This document shows positions 1 to 14,086 of a stretch of 64,000 nt of DNA, piece after piece. The notes under the pieces are model-generated. The model was not told the DNA's origin. It ran no database searches and saw nothing but the letters and a program-made list of their open reading frames with translations. A program made the translations under genes and the position numbers. The stretch spans positions 345,588,001-345,652,000 of the forward strand of contig OZ024743.1 of the NCBI GenBank assembly GCA_964016885.1, in the 5' to 3' direction. Each line of letters begins with the position of its first letter. Position 1 is the first letter of the stretch. Source of the DNA: Eledone cirrhosa (taxonomy: Eukaryota).

Positions 1-2010
1 ACCTGGATGCGGTACTAGCGGCGGCAGGCTTCGGACCCGTTTTCAGGGGCTGGATCAATGCCATGCACAGCAGCCGCATCTGCTCTAGGGTCAAGGTGAA
101 CGGCTACCTCTCGGAGCCGTTCGAAATCGCGCGGTCCATCCGACAGGGGTGCCCTCTCTCCTCCCTTCTGTATGTAGTGACTCTAGAGCCACTGCTGCGG
201 AAGTTGGAGTTGTTGCAGGGCATCCCGTTGGAACCGGGATTGCGGAAAGCGGTGTCAGCCTACGCCGATGACGTAACAGTAATGGTGTCGACGGCCTCGG
301 AAATCGGGGCGATCGGCACCTTACTGGAGGAGTACGAAAGGTTTACAGGGGCTAAGCTGAACCGGGACAAGTCGATCGGTCTGCAACTCGGCACGTGGAG
401 GGGCAGATCGATGCCCTCCGATGGCGTCGTCGGGCGCTGGACGGAGGGCCCGGTGAAATTGCTCGGAGTCTGGTTCGGACCAGACCTCCAGGTGGAGAAG
501 AACTGGGGTGAGGTGACGAGCAGGGTGTTTGCACTGACCCAGAAGTGGGCCGAGTGCAAACTGTCCCTGAAAGGTCGGGCGGAGGTGGCGAACACTTATA
601 TAGCGTCCGTCATCTACTACCGCCTGACCGTGGTGCCTTGCCCAAGGGAAACGCTCGCCAAAATGGAGCGCGCACTCTTCCAATTCCTTTGGAAGAAGCG
701 GGCTCCTATGGTGAGGAGATCCATCTGCTGTCAACACCCTTCGAAAGGAGGGCTGGGGATGCCGTGGCTGATGATACGTAAACACGCATTAAGGCTACGG
801 CACCTTCAGGTATTCCTCTCCGGTCAACCGGTGTGGGCCCCGTTTGTGAGGCGAGCCTTTCCCAGACTCGTCTCACTCACCGAGCTGCAATCCTGGGTCA
901 AGCAAAGACCGAGAAAACTGGGCGCCTGGCACACCGAGTGTGCCCAGGCGCTCACGACTCTCTGGCAGGCGGACCCGGCTGTCAGTGGAGAATCCACCTC
1001 GTCATTCTATAGAGGGCTGGTGGTTAGCAGGTGCGACGACGCCCTCGGAGAAGCCCTAGGCATGGAGGAAGACGAACTGGCCAACCTGTTCGGTAGGACA
1101 TTCAGCCCGGGACCCATGGATAACTTCCAGAGGTCCCTGGCTTGGCAATGCTACAGAAGGGCTCTGCCCGTTCGAGAAAGGCTCTACAGACACGGGCGCC
1201 CGGGTAGGGACCCATCGAAAAAGGTCTGTCCCAGATGCGTGTGCGACGAGGAAACCGTTGCACACGCATTGGTACATGCTCGGGCATTGCCGATCTGTGG
1301 GGCTATGTCGAACAACTGCTGTCAAGGGTGGGACCGATCCGGTTGACCACCGAATCTATTGTAACGATCAAGCCGCCTCCCCTCTTCAAAAACGAAGGAG
1401 AGGCGGTGTTTCTGTGCGTAATAGCCATGGCGAAAGAGGTTGTATGGTGGACGCGTATGAAAGGACTGAGGACAGACACCTTTCTCTCTGGCCAACAACT
1501 GGTCCGTTTCTTCCGATATCATTTCGGAAGAAGGATCAGGATGGAGAGAGAGGTGCTGCACCCCAGCCGTTTCTATGAAAGATGGGTGAAAGTGGCGAGA
1601 ATGGCCCGTGTGAATGGGCCTTCACTCTACATCAGACTATAGGTGAGGAAGATGAAAGGCCAAGGGAGCACCCCTTCTCTGTGCTCCTGAGGAGAATGGT
1701 ATAATGTATTTTGAGTTAATAGTAAGCCGGAGTTGATGCCATTCTCTTAACCTTTTCTTGTAGGATTCTCTCCATACCAAAGAAACTACTGTCGACCTCC
1801 ACAACATTCTCAATATCCAGTTCTTGAAGTCGGTTTTGCCAAGGCGCCTCCTCTCTATTGAGGATTTTGTTATAAATTTTATTTTTTGTTATATTTTATT
1901 TTATTTTTATACTTTGTTATTGCCTCCTCCTTATTGAGGACGCCTTTTTGTGTAAACTCCCCCCTTTGTACTTGTCCCACTTTTGATGCCCTGGTGGCAA
2001 ATAAAAGAAA
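1..2010 (+). mobile_element. L1/Tx1-clade LINE, 3' portion (ORF2 RT, C-terminal Cys/His region, 3' UTR); runs off the window's left edge
   Basis: RT motifs RQGCPLS and YADD, LSLKGRA, GGLG and a CPRC..ETVAHAL zinc-finger-like motif. 3' UTR ends AATAAAAGAAAC, followed by (CTAT)n. GC content is much higher than the flanks. Confidence 0.93.
3..1642 (+). pseudogene. LINE ORF2 reverse transcriptase, partial, one frameshift near 1276
   Basis: The frame is open from position 3. ORF 63-1346 carries the RT. The C-terminus (CSGIADLWGYVEQLL...YIRL) continues in the ORF 1235-1642 frame, joining at the CxxC..H..C motif. Confidence 0.85.
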
Positions 2011-2012
2011 CA

Positions 2013-2090
<78 letters not shown>

Positions 2091-2095
2091 CATAC
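2011..2095. repeat. (CTAT)n microsatellite at the LINE 3' end
   Basis: About 20 ATCT units directly after the LINE polyA-signal-like end. Confidence 0.95.
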
Positions 2096-2149
2096 CTAAC
2101 TAGCTAACTATATACCTACTTCATACCTAGCTACCAATCTATCTACTAA

Positions 2150-2560
2150 TAAAAACATGAAATCCTGCATCACACATGAACATAAGAATCTTCTGGATGA
2201 ACGTGCAGAAGTCTAGAAGCATGCCCCTCGACGGGCAGTGTAATTGTCCAGGGGTGATATATGAGGCAGGAGTAATCTCCACCAAGCAGAAACCTTGACA
2301 TATGTTGGTATGTCACAGATCCGTTTTAAACACCGTTTCCTGAACCATGAAACGAGCGTCAAACCTCCTAACAAAAAGCATTGCATTAAGGTCGCAAACT
2401 ATTATATTTGTGATTTTTCCACTATACTCAATAAAGTGGAGTATGGAAGAAAAACCCACACGCTACATTAACAGAGCAAAAACTTATTATTTATGTAGCG
2501 TGGAGAAGTGGCATATACTTACAAAACATACTAATAAAAACAATGGACGCGCCTAAATTT
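2150..2560 (+). mobile_element. Degenerate Penelope-like element GIY-YIG endonuclease fragment
   Basis: Manual translation gives PLDGQCNCPGVIYEAG...YVGMSQIRFKHRFLNHE, matching the PLE ORF at 37488-37985 (VIYEAVV...YVGMSDGRFKERFLNH). Confidence 0.75.
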
Positions 2561-2892
2561 CTTCAATCGTTGACCTTACAAATCGATTTTTATTCTGAAG
2601 ACATGGTCTAGGACGGACTAAACTTCAATAAAACTCTATGTAACGTGCTATCTCTCTGCAAGTTACTCCAGCATTTATGTTAAAATTATCTCCGTTACAT
2701 TACAGAGTTTACCAATTAATTCATTTATTATTTGAGATTTTTTAGTATCCCTGCCCTTAGCTTTAGAACTCTCTTAAACAATTTAGATTCGTCCCGGAAA
2801 TAATTCCATTACCATATGGCTGACTGAATGAGTTTGTATTAATCCCAACATAACTCGAGTATTTGTGTATGCCTCTGTTGTGAGCTAAAGAT

Positions 2893-3620
2893 ATAGAGGC
2901 TGCGGACGTTATTTGAAGACAGATTTATGGTTTAAAAAAAACGCATATATAATAACAGAAAAAAACTGTATTCTTATAAAAATAACATAAACATACAGCT
3001 AAATTATCAATTTAATAATTTTATTCAATAAAACCACCATAAGCATCAATAACAGCCTTTACACAGGGTCGAAATCGTTTACAAGCTCCGATTAAGTGGT
3101 CCTTATTCATACCGAACATGACTCGAATTATGGCGGCTTTCAAAGAATCTTTGGTGCTATGGGGGTGTTCATTGACATTTTTCCCAACAATACTCCATAC
3201 ATAGTAGTCCAGTGGATTGAGATCTTGAGAATTAGGATTTGGTTTTTCTCATCTGAGAAAAACCAAATCACACCATCTTCTGATGGATATTTAAGATTGT
3301 TTAAAAGTCTTTAAAAGTCTTTTGGATCTGATTAAACGCTTTTCTTTTGTTTTTACCGGCATGAATTGACCTCTTCTCATTAAGTAAGATTTGTATCTGA
3401 TGTCTTCATGCACAACATTTCTGATTGTTTTTTCTGACGCACCAACATTTTTTGCAATTGACATCATTGATTTTCCTGGATTGTCATTAATGTTTTGTTT
3501 AACTTCCTGAATAAATTCAGGTGTCCTGATAGAATCAGAGCGTTTGTAATGTTTTTTTACGTTTTGATACAAGTAATACGCTTCCATCTTCTTTCTCTAA
3601 CTCACACTGAATTTATGTTA
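2893..3620 (-). mobile_element. Tc1/mariner transposase relic with internal deletion
   Basis: ORF 3291-3587 has an HTH-like region (SIRTPEFIQEVKQNINDNPGKSMMSIAK...VSEKTIR-like). The minus strand also reads IWFFSDEKN abutting PNSQDLNPLDYYVW (SPDLNP motif). Element ends are uncertain. Confidence 0.85.
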
Positions 3621-3719
3621 TTTGAGTGTTAATATTGAATTTCTCACTGAAACCAACGAATTATGGAGAAATAAGGCTAAATCATTCTACGTTAGTTGTA
3701 TTCATCTAAGAAAATGGTG

Positions 3720-4017
3720 GTATCCCATGGACCGGTATCCTACGGAACAATGGTATGTAATTATGAAGTGACATCTTCACTTTTCCATAATGTGTAAAAG
3801 ACACGGCATAAAATACCCAGCCCACACTGTAAAGTGGACGTGTAAAAGACACGGCAAAAAAACACCCAGCCCACATGGTGTATGTGGTTGCGTCCAGCCG
3901 TAGAAAACCAACCGGAAACACCCTTATATGAGCGAGACACAGTCACCCGACCCAACCTGCCTCTAAATGGGGGCGGTCTAACCCATACTAGCGTGGAAGA
4001 TGGACATTAATCGATGA

Positions 4018-4021
<4 letters not shown>
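3720..4021 (+). mobile_element. SINE/RTE-tail remnant ending in (GAT)n
   Basis: Contains GCGTCCAGCCGTAGAAAACC and a 3' end AACCCATACTAGCGTGGAAGATGGACATTAATCGATGATGAT, resembling octopus SINE tails as I recall them. Confidence 0.5.
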
Positions 4022-4051
<30 letters not shown>

Positions 4052-4369
4052 GCATTTGTAACTTTTACTCCTGCGTTGTAGTTATATATATATATGTATG
4101 TGTGTGTGTGTGTGTGTGTGTGTGGACTGGAATAGCTTGATCAATGTGCTTAGTTCTCGTATTGTTAGATCTTCATAATAGAGGGGATAACTATCTTCAA
4201 TCCACGCAGTGATTTGTACATCATAGTTATTGGTAATGTATACGAAATACGATACTCAGCTGAATATTTCTGTCTCGTATCGGGTCTAGAAACTAATGAG
4301 ATCGCGGTCACTTTTTATGCCCACGCAGTGTCGGAGAGTTGAAACCTGTGGTGAAATATACGTACATAC

Positions 4370-5780
<1,411 letters not shown>

Positions 5781-6460
5781 ATAGATGGTTGTATGTATCT
5801 TGAGAGGCACTTAGGTGATAAAACAAAAATATGACGTTAACTTCAGCCTGACGTCAAACGGTCATTATTGCGAAAACGGATCAAGTAGATATATATATTA
5901 AGTAAATCATATTTTTATCGACACAGCGTATCTGAATCTAAAATAATTCTTAGCTCTCTCCCTCTAACTTTCACTCACACTCTCTCTCTCTCCCCCCCTT
6001 CTCTCTCACTCTCTCGCTCACACTCTCTCTCTCTTTCCCTCCATCCCATCCCCCCTCTCTCATTCTTTCTCTCTCTCTCTCTAATCTGATTGCCTGAGAA
6101 GATGTTTGAAAACATCTGTCATTTTTTAATGACTGTCCTCTTCATCATTCGAAGAAGAAATTCCTGCGTCATACCGAACTTTTTGATGTCCACAGAGTGT
6201 TCTTTCAGAAGCAGAAATAATTGTTAACTCCTTTACCAAATATCGGCAGCGCAGCGTAATTCATGTGGAGTGCTAGGAAGGTAGAGTTTGTTAGTAGTGT
6301 TTTCTAAGCATAATGATTTTGATCGCGGATTGTTGATGTGTGAGAGTGGGAAAGAACAAGCATCCGTGCGACTGAGGTTAGATGGACATAATTAAGGAAC
6401 ATCTCATGTATGTATGCATATATGTATGTATATATGCATGTAAGTAGGCATGCATCTATG

Positions 6461-6569
<109 letters not shown>

Positions 6570-7827
6570 TATGTATGTATCTATGTATGTATGTATATAT
6601 AATTATACATATATCTATATATATATATATATATGTGTGTGTCTAGATAAACATAGACGTACAAATATATACATAAATGTATAAGCATAAATATGGTGAT
6701 TATGTGTCTAAATATTTTCAGTGGTGAAGATTTATCAAAGCAAATTACACGTGGACGCACTCGGCTTCACGTATACATTATTATATATATGTATATATAG
6801 AAATGTCTACATGTGTGTGTTTGTGTAACTAAGAGTGTGTGCGTAATTTTTGCTACGCCCACTAACCAGTAATATCAAATCTAATGTGTGTCATGGGCTC
6901 GATTCGTATTCAAAGCTGTTTCCTTTACCCCCTAAAATCCTTTTAGATAGAATAAGGATTTCGCAAGTGAAATGTATAGAGAAGCTTCTCACATACAAGG
7001 AATGTTAAATTACTAATGTTATTTATGCATTTATTATTATTAATAGTAGTAGTATTGGTCGTCGGACTGTGAAGAGGTATTTTTTATGAACTTCATGAGT
7101 TGGTTGATTTTCAACTTTGGCATTGAATTAATTGTTGTAATTTTTGTGTCATAGGGCTCATAAAGCAACCGTTTTTGTCCTGTGTAAAGGCGATCCATAA
7201 TATTTGGGCCTTTTCCTAAAAGAAAAAAAGAAAAAAATGGAGGAATCACACCCCCTCCCGTTAAGTCAGTTGTCAAGTCACAGCGACTTAAATGTCAAGC
7301 GAAGTAACACCACCTCCCACAACTATTGCAAACACCAGCGCCACATTGGGCAGTATCGCTAACAGCAGCACCACCAACAAAAAACAACGACAATAACATC
7401 ACCAACAACAGTGATAACACTAATGAGATAACACAAAAATGACAACATCGGCGACAGCGACGATAGTACCAACAACAGCGACAACGTCATCACCACCAAC
7501 ATCATGAATAACGACAAAACTGTCAACTACAATGAAAAACAGCAAAACAGCAGCACCAAAAATAAAACAACAGCAACAGAAACAGGAGTACTTTCGCAGC
7601 CAGAGCGGTAAAGTGTCAAACGATATACAATTTCGGCCAAGGCGGAAAAAATATAACTAGAGTAAAAAATATGGGCCAACTTAAACATCCCGAAATAGAT
7701 AATGGCACCAAAAGAGGGGATACCATTGAAAGATAGATGCATTTCAGTGAAATCTCGAAAGGGTAAGACAGCTTCTAAAGGTCAGATAGAGGCGGCACTG
7801 AAATGTATCAACAGCAATGATATAGAG

Positions 7828-8139
7828 CAGTGCTACTCAAAGTGGTTGTCTGCGGAGCGGTGCCGGTACGCGAGCCATCAGCTACCGGTACGCGGCCAGT
7901 GTCCAGGCCATGCTAAGGAATCATTTGAGGAATTTTTTTTATTACTTTTTTTTATATGTTTTGATATTGTATTATTTGTTTACAAAATAAATAGAAGATA
8001 AAAAAATGGTCAAATATTATTATATTCATTATATATATCGTTTCCGGTATAAATTAATATTATTACGAAATATTAGCGGTACGTGGCACATTGAAAAAAA
8101 AATGCCGGTCCGCCACATCAGATAGTTTGAGAAGCACTG
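7828..8139. mobile_element. hAT (Charlie-like) MITE, 312 bp
   Basis: TIRs CAGTGCTACTCAAA / TTTGAGAAGCACTG. Perfect 8-bp TSD ATATAGAG at 7820-7827 and 8140-8147. Confidence 0.93.
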
Positions 8140-9092
8140 ATATAGAGCATATAGCAAGTACCAAGCAGTTTGGGAGCATCTTCGTGCTCTTCAAAACTGA
8201 GGCTCTTGCGATCAAGCATTCTGTTGTACGGTACAACACGGACCAAATGATCACGTACCAGTCATACTTGAGGAGGGGGACTGTAAGGGTCAGTGCCCCT
8301 AGGATTCCGTTGGGACTGGACATATTGTGACTCCTGGGATGCGTGGTGGTAGAGAGCTCTGGCACGCACCTCGGCGTCAAATTTACAAAGAGGAGAGAGA
8401 GAGGCGGTCCCGTATTGGTTTGGAGATTCTTCTCGAAATCAGACCCGAATGCATAAAAAAACAACCTGAACCACATGAAACTACCGGACGGGTATGAAAA
8501 CCAGGTAGTTACGAAGAACAAACGGCTGCACTATTTCATTTGTGGTGAAACCACACTCCTACGAGATTTTTGCCCCCATTTGAAAACTGCAAGGGGCTAG
8601 AAAAATCTTTGCTGCCAAGAACGGTGCAGGGACAAAAGACAAAACCAGCAACAGTAAAGGAATCAGCACCACCAGCAGCAGAAACACCACCAACAAGGAC
8701 TATTAAAACCACCCATGGAGCCGGCCCTAACATGCTCTGCCACTCCCACTCTTTCAATCACACACACACACCCACAAACTCACCCTCACTCCGCACTGAT
8801 ACATAATCCCCAGACACCCTCACTCACCACTGATTCAGAGTCCTCAGACACCTTCTCATCCCCAAGTTGTGGGGGAACCCCAAAAAAGAAAAAAGAAAAC
8901 ACAAGGACAAAAAACATACCCACAGCAATCACAGTCACACTTACAACAACACCAAATCCTCAACCGTCAACATAAAACACAACCACCACCAACAACATCG
9001 ACACAACCGCAAATCAAGCCCACGAAACACTAAAGAAAACACACAGACTCCAAAAACAATAATAGTTTTTCTTATTGTGTATTATTACTCGA

Positions 9093-9279
9093 AAGGGTGG
9101 TGAATTGGCAGTATCGGTAGAGGGTTGGACGCCATGCTTTGCAGCATAGTTACGTCCTTTTACGGTCTGAGTTCAAATCTCGTCGAGGTTAACTTTCCTT
9201 TCATCCTTACGGGGTCGATAAAATAAAGTACCAGTAATGCACTGGATTAACTGCTAGCCTCGTGCTAAAAGTAGAAACA
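9093..9279 (+). mobile_element. tRNA-derived SINE (family A) with 12-bp TSD
   Basis: A-box-like TGGCAGTATCGG, B-box GAGTTCAAATC, core CCTTTCATCCTTACGGGGTCGATAAAATAAAGTACCAG. TSD ATTATTACTCGA at 9081-9092 and 9280-9291. Confidence 0.9.
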
Positions 9280-9383
9280 ATTATTACTCGATTTTATTGT
9301 AAACCCCCACTGTCACTGCCTTTGTATTGTCCCCTATATGTCAGCCCTTGTAACAAATAAATGAAACGATTATTATTATTATT

Positions 9384-9800
9384 GATTGGCAGTATGAGTA
9401 GAGCGTCGGACACCATGTCGGACGCCCTTTATGATCTGAGCTCAAATCCCGCCGAAATTAGCTTTACCTTTCATCCTTAAGGGGTCGATAAAATAAAGTA
9501 CCAGTAATTCACTGGTATCGATTTAACCGACTTTCCTCTCCCATTCAAATTGCTGGCCATGTGCCTAAGGTAGAAACAATTAATATTATGCGTATTGGCA
9601 GTATCGGTAGAGCGTCGGACACCATGCTTCGCGGCAGAGAATTAAGGCCCTTTAGGTTCTGAGTTCAAATCATACCGAGGTTAGCTTGGCCATTCATCAT
9701 TACGAGGTTGATAAAATGAATACCAGTCACGCACTGAGGTCGATTTAATCGACTTTCCCCTCCTCTTCAAATTGCTGACCTTGTGCCTAAGGTAGAAACA
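9384..9800 (+). mobile_element. Two tandem SINE family A copies (long variant)
   Basis: Copies at about 9384-9580 and 9594-9800, each with the extra GTCGATTTAATCGACTTTCCCC segment. Confidence 0.88.
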
Positions 9801-10230
9801 ATTATTATCGTTATTGTTGTTGTTATTATTATTATTATGTTTGGCCAGGCTGGGAAAATTAGTGACATGACATTTTTCTGGTACTCCATGACTGATGGGG
9901 ATGGGTTGTGGTGAGGAACAATGTTATTTTGAAATTGGAAACCAGGCCCGAATTCCTGCAAGAGAGTAGATGCTGCAAAAGCTCCCACGGGGATGATATT
10001 AAACCGGGTGACGAATTAAGCTCAACACCCAAGAAAATTTCGGTGTGACTTGAACAGAAATATCCGGAACGATTGTCTCAATGTCTTTTCCGGTGTTCGA
10101 GACTTCTTCGCCAATCCAGCGGAGGAAAATACAAAATTTAGTATATTCTGTGCCAACATTTATGAACGTATGTATGTATGCACGTATGTATGTGTGCGTT
10201 TGTATGTATGTAGGTATATAGATATATGTG

Positions 10231-10265
<35 letters not shown>

Positions 10266-10289
10266 TGTGTGTGTATGTGCGCGCGTATT

Positions 10290-10339
<50 letters not shown>

Positions 10340-10493
10340 TACATACTCACACAAACGTATGTATATATTGAAATGGGAAGAGGGTAAATCGAGAGACAAA
10401 AGTAATGTGATAGAGGGAGCGTTTCAAAGTATGTGAGTGACTTAAAACGGGATATATATAGGGAGTGTCAGAGAGAGAGAGGAGGGGTGGGAG

Positions 10494-10535
<42 letters not shown>

Positions 10536-11989
10536 GGTGGTGGTGGTTAGAGACAGAGGACGTCTAACAAATAAACAGATAGATCATATGACATACACCG
10601 ATAAAAAATGTTGGGCTGGATTAATGCTACCTCACCATATGTTGTAAATATTCATTTCATTTTGTTTTGTATTTAGCTTATATTAAAACAAAATTCTACT
10701 AGATTCCATTGTTGTTTCGTCATGACCAGTCTTATTTCAGACATAAACCATATGATTCTTTTGCCAATCCTTTTACTTGCTTTTCTCCTCGATAATATGT
10801 GGGCAGACTCGTCAGAGTGTCAGACAAAATTTATTGCAGTAATTGTTCCGTTGAAAATGACCGAAGTTTACTTTTCCTAAGATTTCTTCTATGGCCGATA
10901 AAATTCTCCGTTTATTCACTTCTACTCATATTAAAGTATTGAAACCCAAGCCAAAATAGGGTAAAGAAGTATACACAAAATTTGAAATTACGATGAAAAT
11001 CAAGAACAAAACGACACAACGAGAAAACACACACCACCTATCTTTCACGGCATGTTTGGAGACTGAATGAGGAAAGCAACACAAACTGTTGTCAGTATTC
11101 GTATTTATCAGTGCTCTTATTTGTCAAACCGTTCTGCATATTAACATTTCATAATTTGTTGAATTCTAAGGCTGAAATGATTTCTAAATGTCACTTAAGA
11201 AGGTTTACTCTACAGATGTTTTTTTTTCACCTATTGGCTGAACGTATTTCAATTTATAGGTCGAATTTCTTTGAAATCTTTGGCCATGTATGCAAGTTTT
11301 TGAAGATCTGTAAATAAAATATGCATCGTTAAAATACATCTTCGTAATCCGCATTTTGTGACAAAGAAATTATCTTATAGTTAAGGTAGTTCAAAGGTAT
11401 TTTGTAGTGAAAATGAAAATTATTAACACATTGGTTTCCATTTCTCTTATAATTGGAAAAAAAAAACTCGAATTTTTCTATGTAATAATTATACAGTTTT
11501 CCGCTTTATTTCAGAAGCAATCATGCAATCAGCGCTTCACATTGTACAGTCAAAATATATCTGTCGCCACATAACGCTTTCTTTGGTGTTTTCATCTTGA
11601 AATCGTTCTATATATTGCTGCTACTTTCCACAATTTGGTCGTTTAATTACATATTCATAAACCGTACAAATTCTTATTCCCGTTTAGACACTTCCTGAAT
11701 AAATATACTGTTTCTCCATTATATTATTGAATCTATTAGAACTACAATTATCTTTAGTTAGTAAACGTCGTGTTCTTACTAACGCTTCTTTCTTGTTTCT
11801 CTCCAACAATTATTTGCATATTAATGTACCTTATACTTTTGTTTACCTTTGCACATTTCCCACATGTACAATCCTCTCATTATTTACTATATCTACTTAC
11901 AGTATTATTGCATCAGTGAACGGACTAGCGTTTATTTTATCATTGTCGTCGTTGCCGTTTTCTTGTTTCAATGATAGAGACATCAAATA

Positions 11990-12190
11990 ATTATTTCTAG
12001 TATAGGCACAAGGTCAGTAATTTTGGGGAAAGGAATGTCGATTCAATCCTCCACAGTATGTTACTGGTACTTTATTTTATGGACCCCGTAAGGATGAAAT
12101 GCAAAGCTAACCTAGTCGGGATTTGAAATCAGATCGAAAAGGGCCGTATTTCCATGCCACCAAGCACTACCGATTCTGCCAATACGCCGC
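11990..12190 (-). mobile_element. SINE family A copy
   Basis: Reverse complement of the core (CTGGTACTTTATTTTAT...CCCCGTAAGGATGAAA). Confidence 0.85.
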
Positions 12191-12206
12191 TAATACAAAC
12201 ACACAT

Positions 12207-12267
<61 letters not shown>

Positions 12268-12308
12268 GAAAATAAAACAAAGAAGCCTTCAATACATCAA
12301 AAGTTTTT

Positions 12309-12354
12309 ATTAGCCAACAATGTTTCGTCCTATTAAGGACTCATCAGGGCAATC
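12309..12354 (-). ncRNA. Minimal type I hammerhead ribozyme motif
   Basis: Minus strand GATTGCC-CTGATGA-GTCCT TAAT AGGAC-GAAA-CATTG-TT-GGCTAAT: intact core, 5-bp stem II, short stem III, stem I with one bulge. Confidence 0.75.
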
Positions 12355-13206
12355 AAAACCACAAGAAGCACTATCGGCCAATACAAGCCGAAAACTCCGA
12401 AGAATATGGAGTGTACATACACTAAAGTATTGGAAGATTATGGGTAAAAATATACAATAACAATCACTAAGGAGGTGGATAACATTTTGAACCATATTAC
12501 AAATATAGTCCAAAGCAAAAAAACTAGAGCTAAACAAAGGTGGTTATATAGAGCGGGAATTATAGTACTATATGTAATACAATATAATATAATATAATAT
12601 ACTTGTAACAATATTAAAATTAAAATTAAAATTAAAAGGTACAATATACATATGTATATATATACGCACACGTACGCACATATACATATACATCAATACA
12701 CATTTCCATCATTAACAGCACAAATTAAACGTATTAAGAGTTTAAATATAAATAAGCATAATAGGAATAAAAATAAAAATAATACGTATATCTAATATAC
12801 AGTATAACATGAAGTAATGAAATGATTAAAAGTAACACATATAATATATAATAAACTATATAATTATATAATATGTAATATAATATAATAGATAATCTCC
12901 GGTTAATTTACACAAACAATATAGATGTCACAATAACACTATAATAATAATATAATAATATATAATATATAATGGCATGTAAGTTAACAAATCAATTCAT
13001 ATTGAGTATATAGTATTTTCTGTCTGGCCCTTATTCACTCATTCACATATGTGTCTGTTTACCAACCTTGTAATTATAGGTAATTATATATTATATTATG
13101 TTCATTATTTTATATTGAAGTTGTTATTCAACTCTTTGTTAATGTAATATTGATCTTTGTTACTTACCGAGGATTTTATGTACCATTATGATATGTTAAA
13201 TTTTAT

Positions 13207-13386
13207 GTGGATTGGCAGTATCGGTAGAGGGTCGGACGCCATGCTTTCCAGCATAGTTACGTCCCTTTACGATCTGAGTTCAAATCCCGCCGAGGTTGAC
13301 TTTGCCTTTCATCCTTACGGGGTCGATAAAATAAAGTACCAGTAATGCACTGGTTAATTGCTGGCCTTGTGCCTAAAGTAGAAACA
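13207..13386 (+). mobile_element. SINE family A copy with 12-bp TSD
   Basis: TSD GTTAAATTTTAT at 13195-13206 and 13387-13398; sequence close to the family consensus. Confidence 0.92.
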
Positions 13387-13905
13387 GTTAAATTTTATAT
13401 ACCATGTAAGATGTTTATATATTTTTGTACCATCATAATTTTGGGTATTGTACAATTTATATTTTTTTTCTCACCTGCTCTCTAACTCTATATGAATTGA
13501 TTTGTTAACTTACATGCCATTATATATTATATATTATTATATTATTATTATAGTGTTATTGTGAAATCTATATTGTTTGTGTAAATTAACCGGAGATTAT
13601 CTATTATATTATATTATATTATATATTATATAATTATGTAGTTTATTATATATTATATGTGTTACTTTTAATCATTTCATTACTTCATGTTATACTGTAT
13701 ATTAGATATACGTATTATTTTTATTTTTATTCCTATTATGCTTATTTATATTTAAACTCTTAATAAGGTTTTATTTGTGCTGTTAATGATGGACATGTGT
13801 ATTGATGTATATGTATATGTGCTTACGTGTGCGTATATATATACATATGTATATTGTGCCTTTTAATTTTAATTTTAATTTTAATATTGTTACAAGTATA
13901 TTATA

Positions 13906-14086
13906 GTGGATTGGCAGTATCAGTAGAGGGTTGGACGCCATGCTTTCCAGCATAGTTATGTCCCTTTACGATCTGAGTTCAAATCCCGCCGAGGTTGACT
14001 TTGCCTTTCTTCCTTACGGGGTCGATAAAATAAAGTACCAGTAATGCACTGGGTAATTGCTGGCCTTGTGCCTAAAGTAGAAACAA
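13906..14086 (+). mobile_element. SINE family A copy inserted in the right arm of the inverted repeat
   Basis: Full SINE present in the right arm and absent from the mirrored position in the left arm (~12580-12600). Confidence 0.92.

Larger units (their letters stand above)
7230..9375 (+). mobile_element. L1/Tx1-type element with 5' UTR, ORF1-like region and 3' tail, but no ORF2
   Basis: CA/CAA-rich leader; ORF from 7702 (MAPKEGIPLKDRC...NDIE|HIASTKQFGSIFVLFKTE...VRVSAPRIP); P/T-rich tail. 3' end (CCCTTGTAACAAATAAATGAAACGATTATT) resembles the LINE end at 1989-2010. The 5' boundary is approximate. Confidence 0.6.

Noticed and set aside
11400-11900. Possible very old GIY-YIG remnant on the minus strand (YVIKRPNCGK..QYI)
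   Set aside because: Only one short motif with stops; too degenerate to call.
13207-13300. tRNA gene suggested by A and B boxes
   Set aside because: Box spacing is long, no cloverleaf is evident, and it continues into a SINE core with a TSD; about 25 copies occur in the window.
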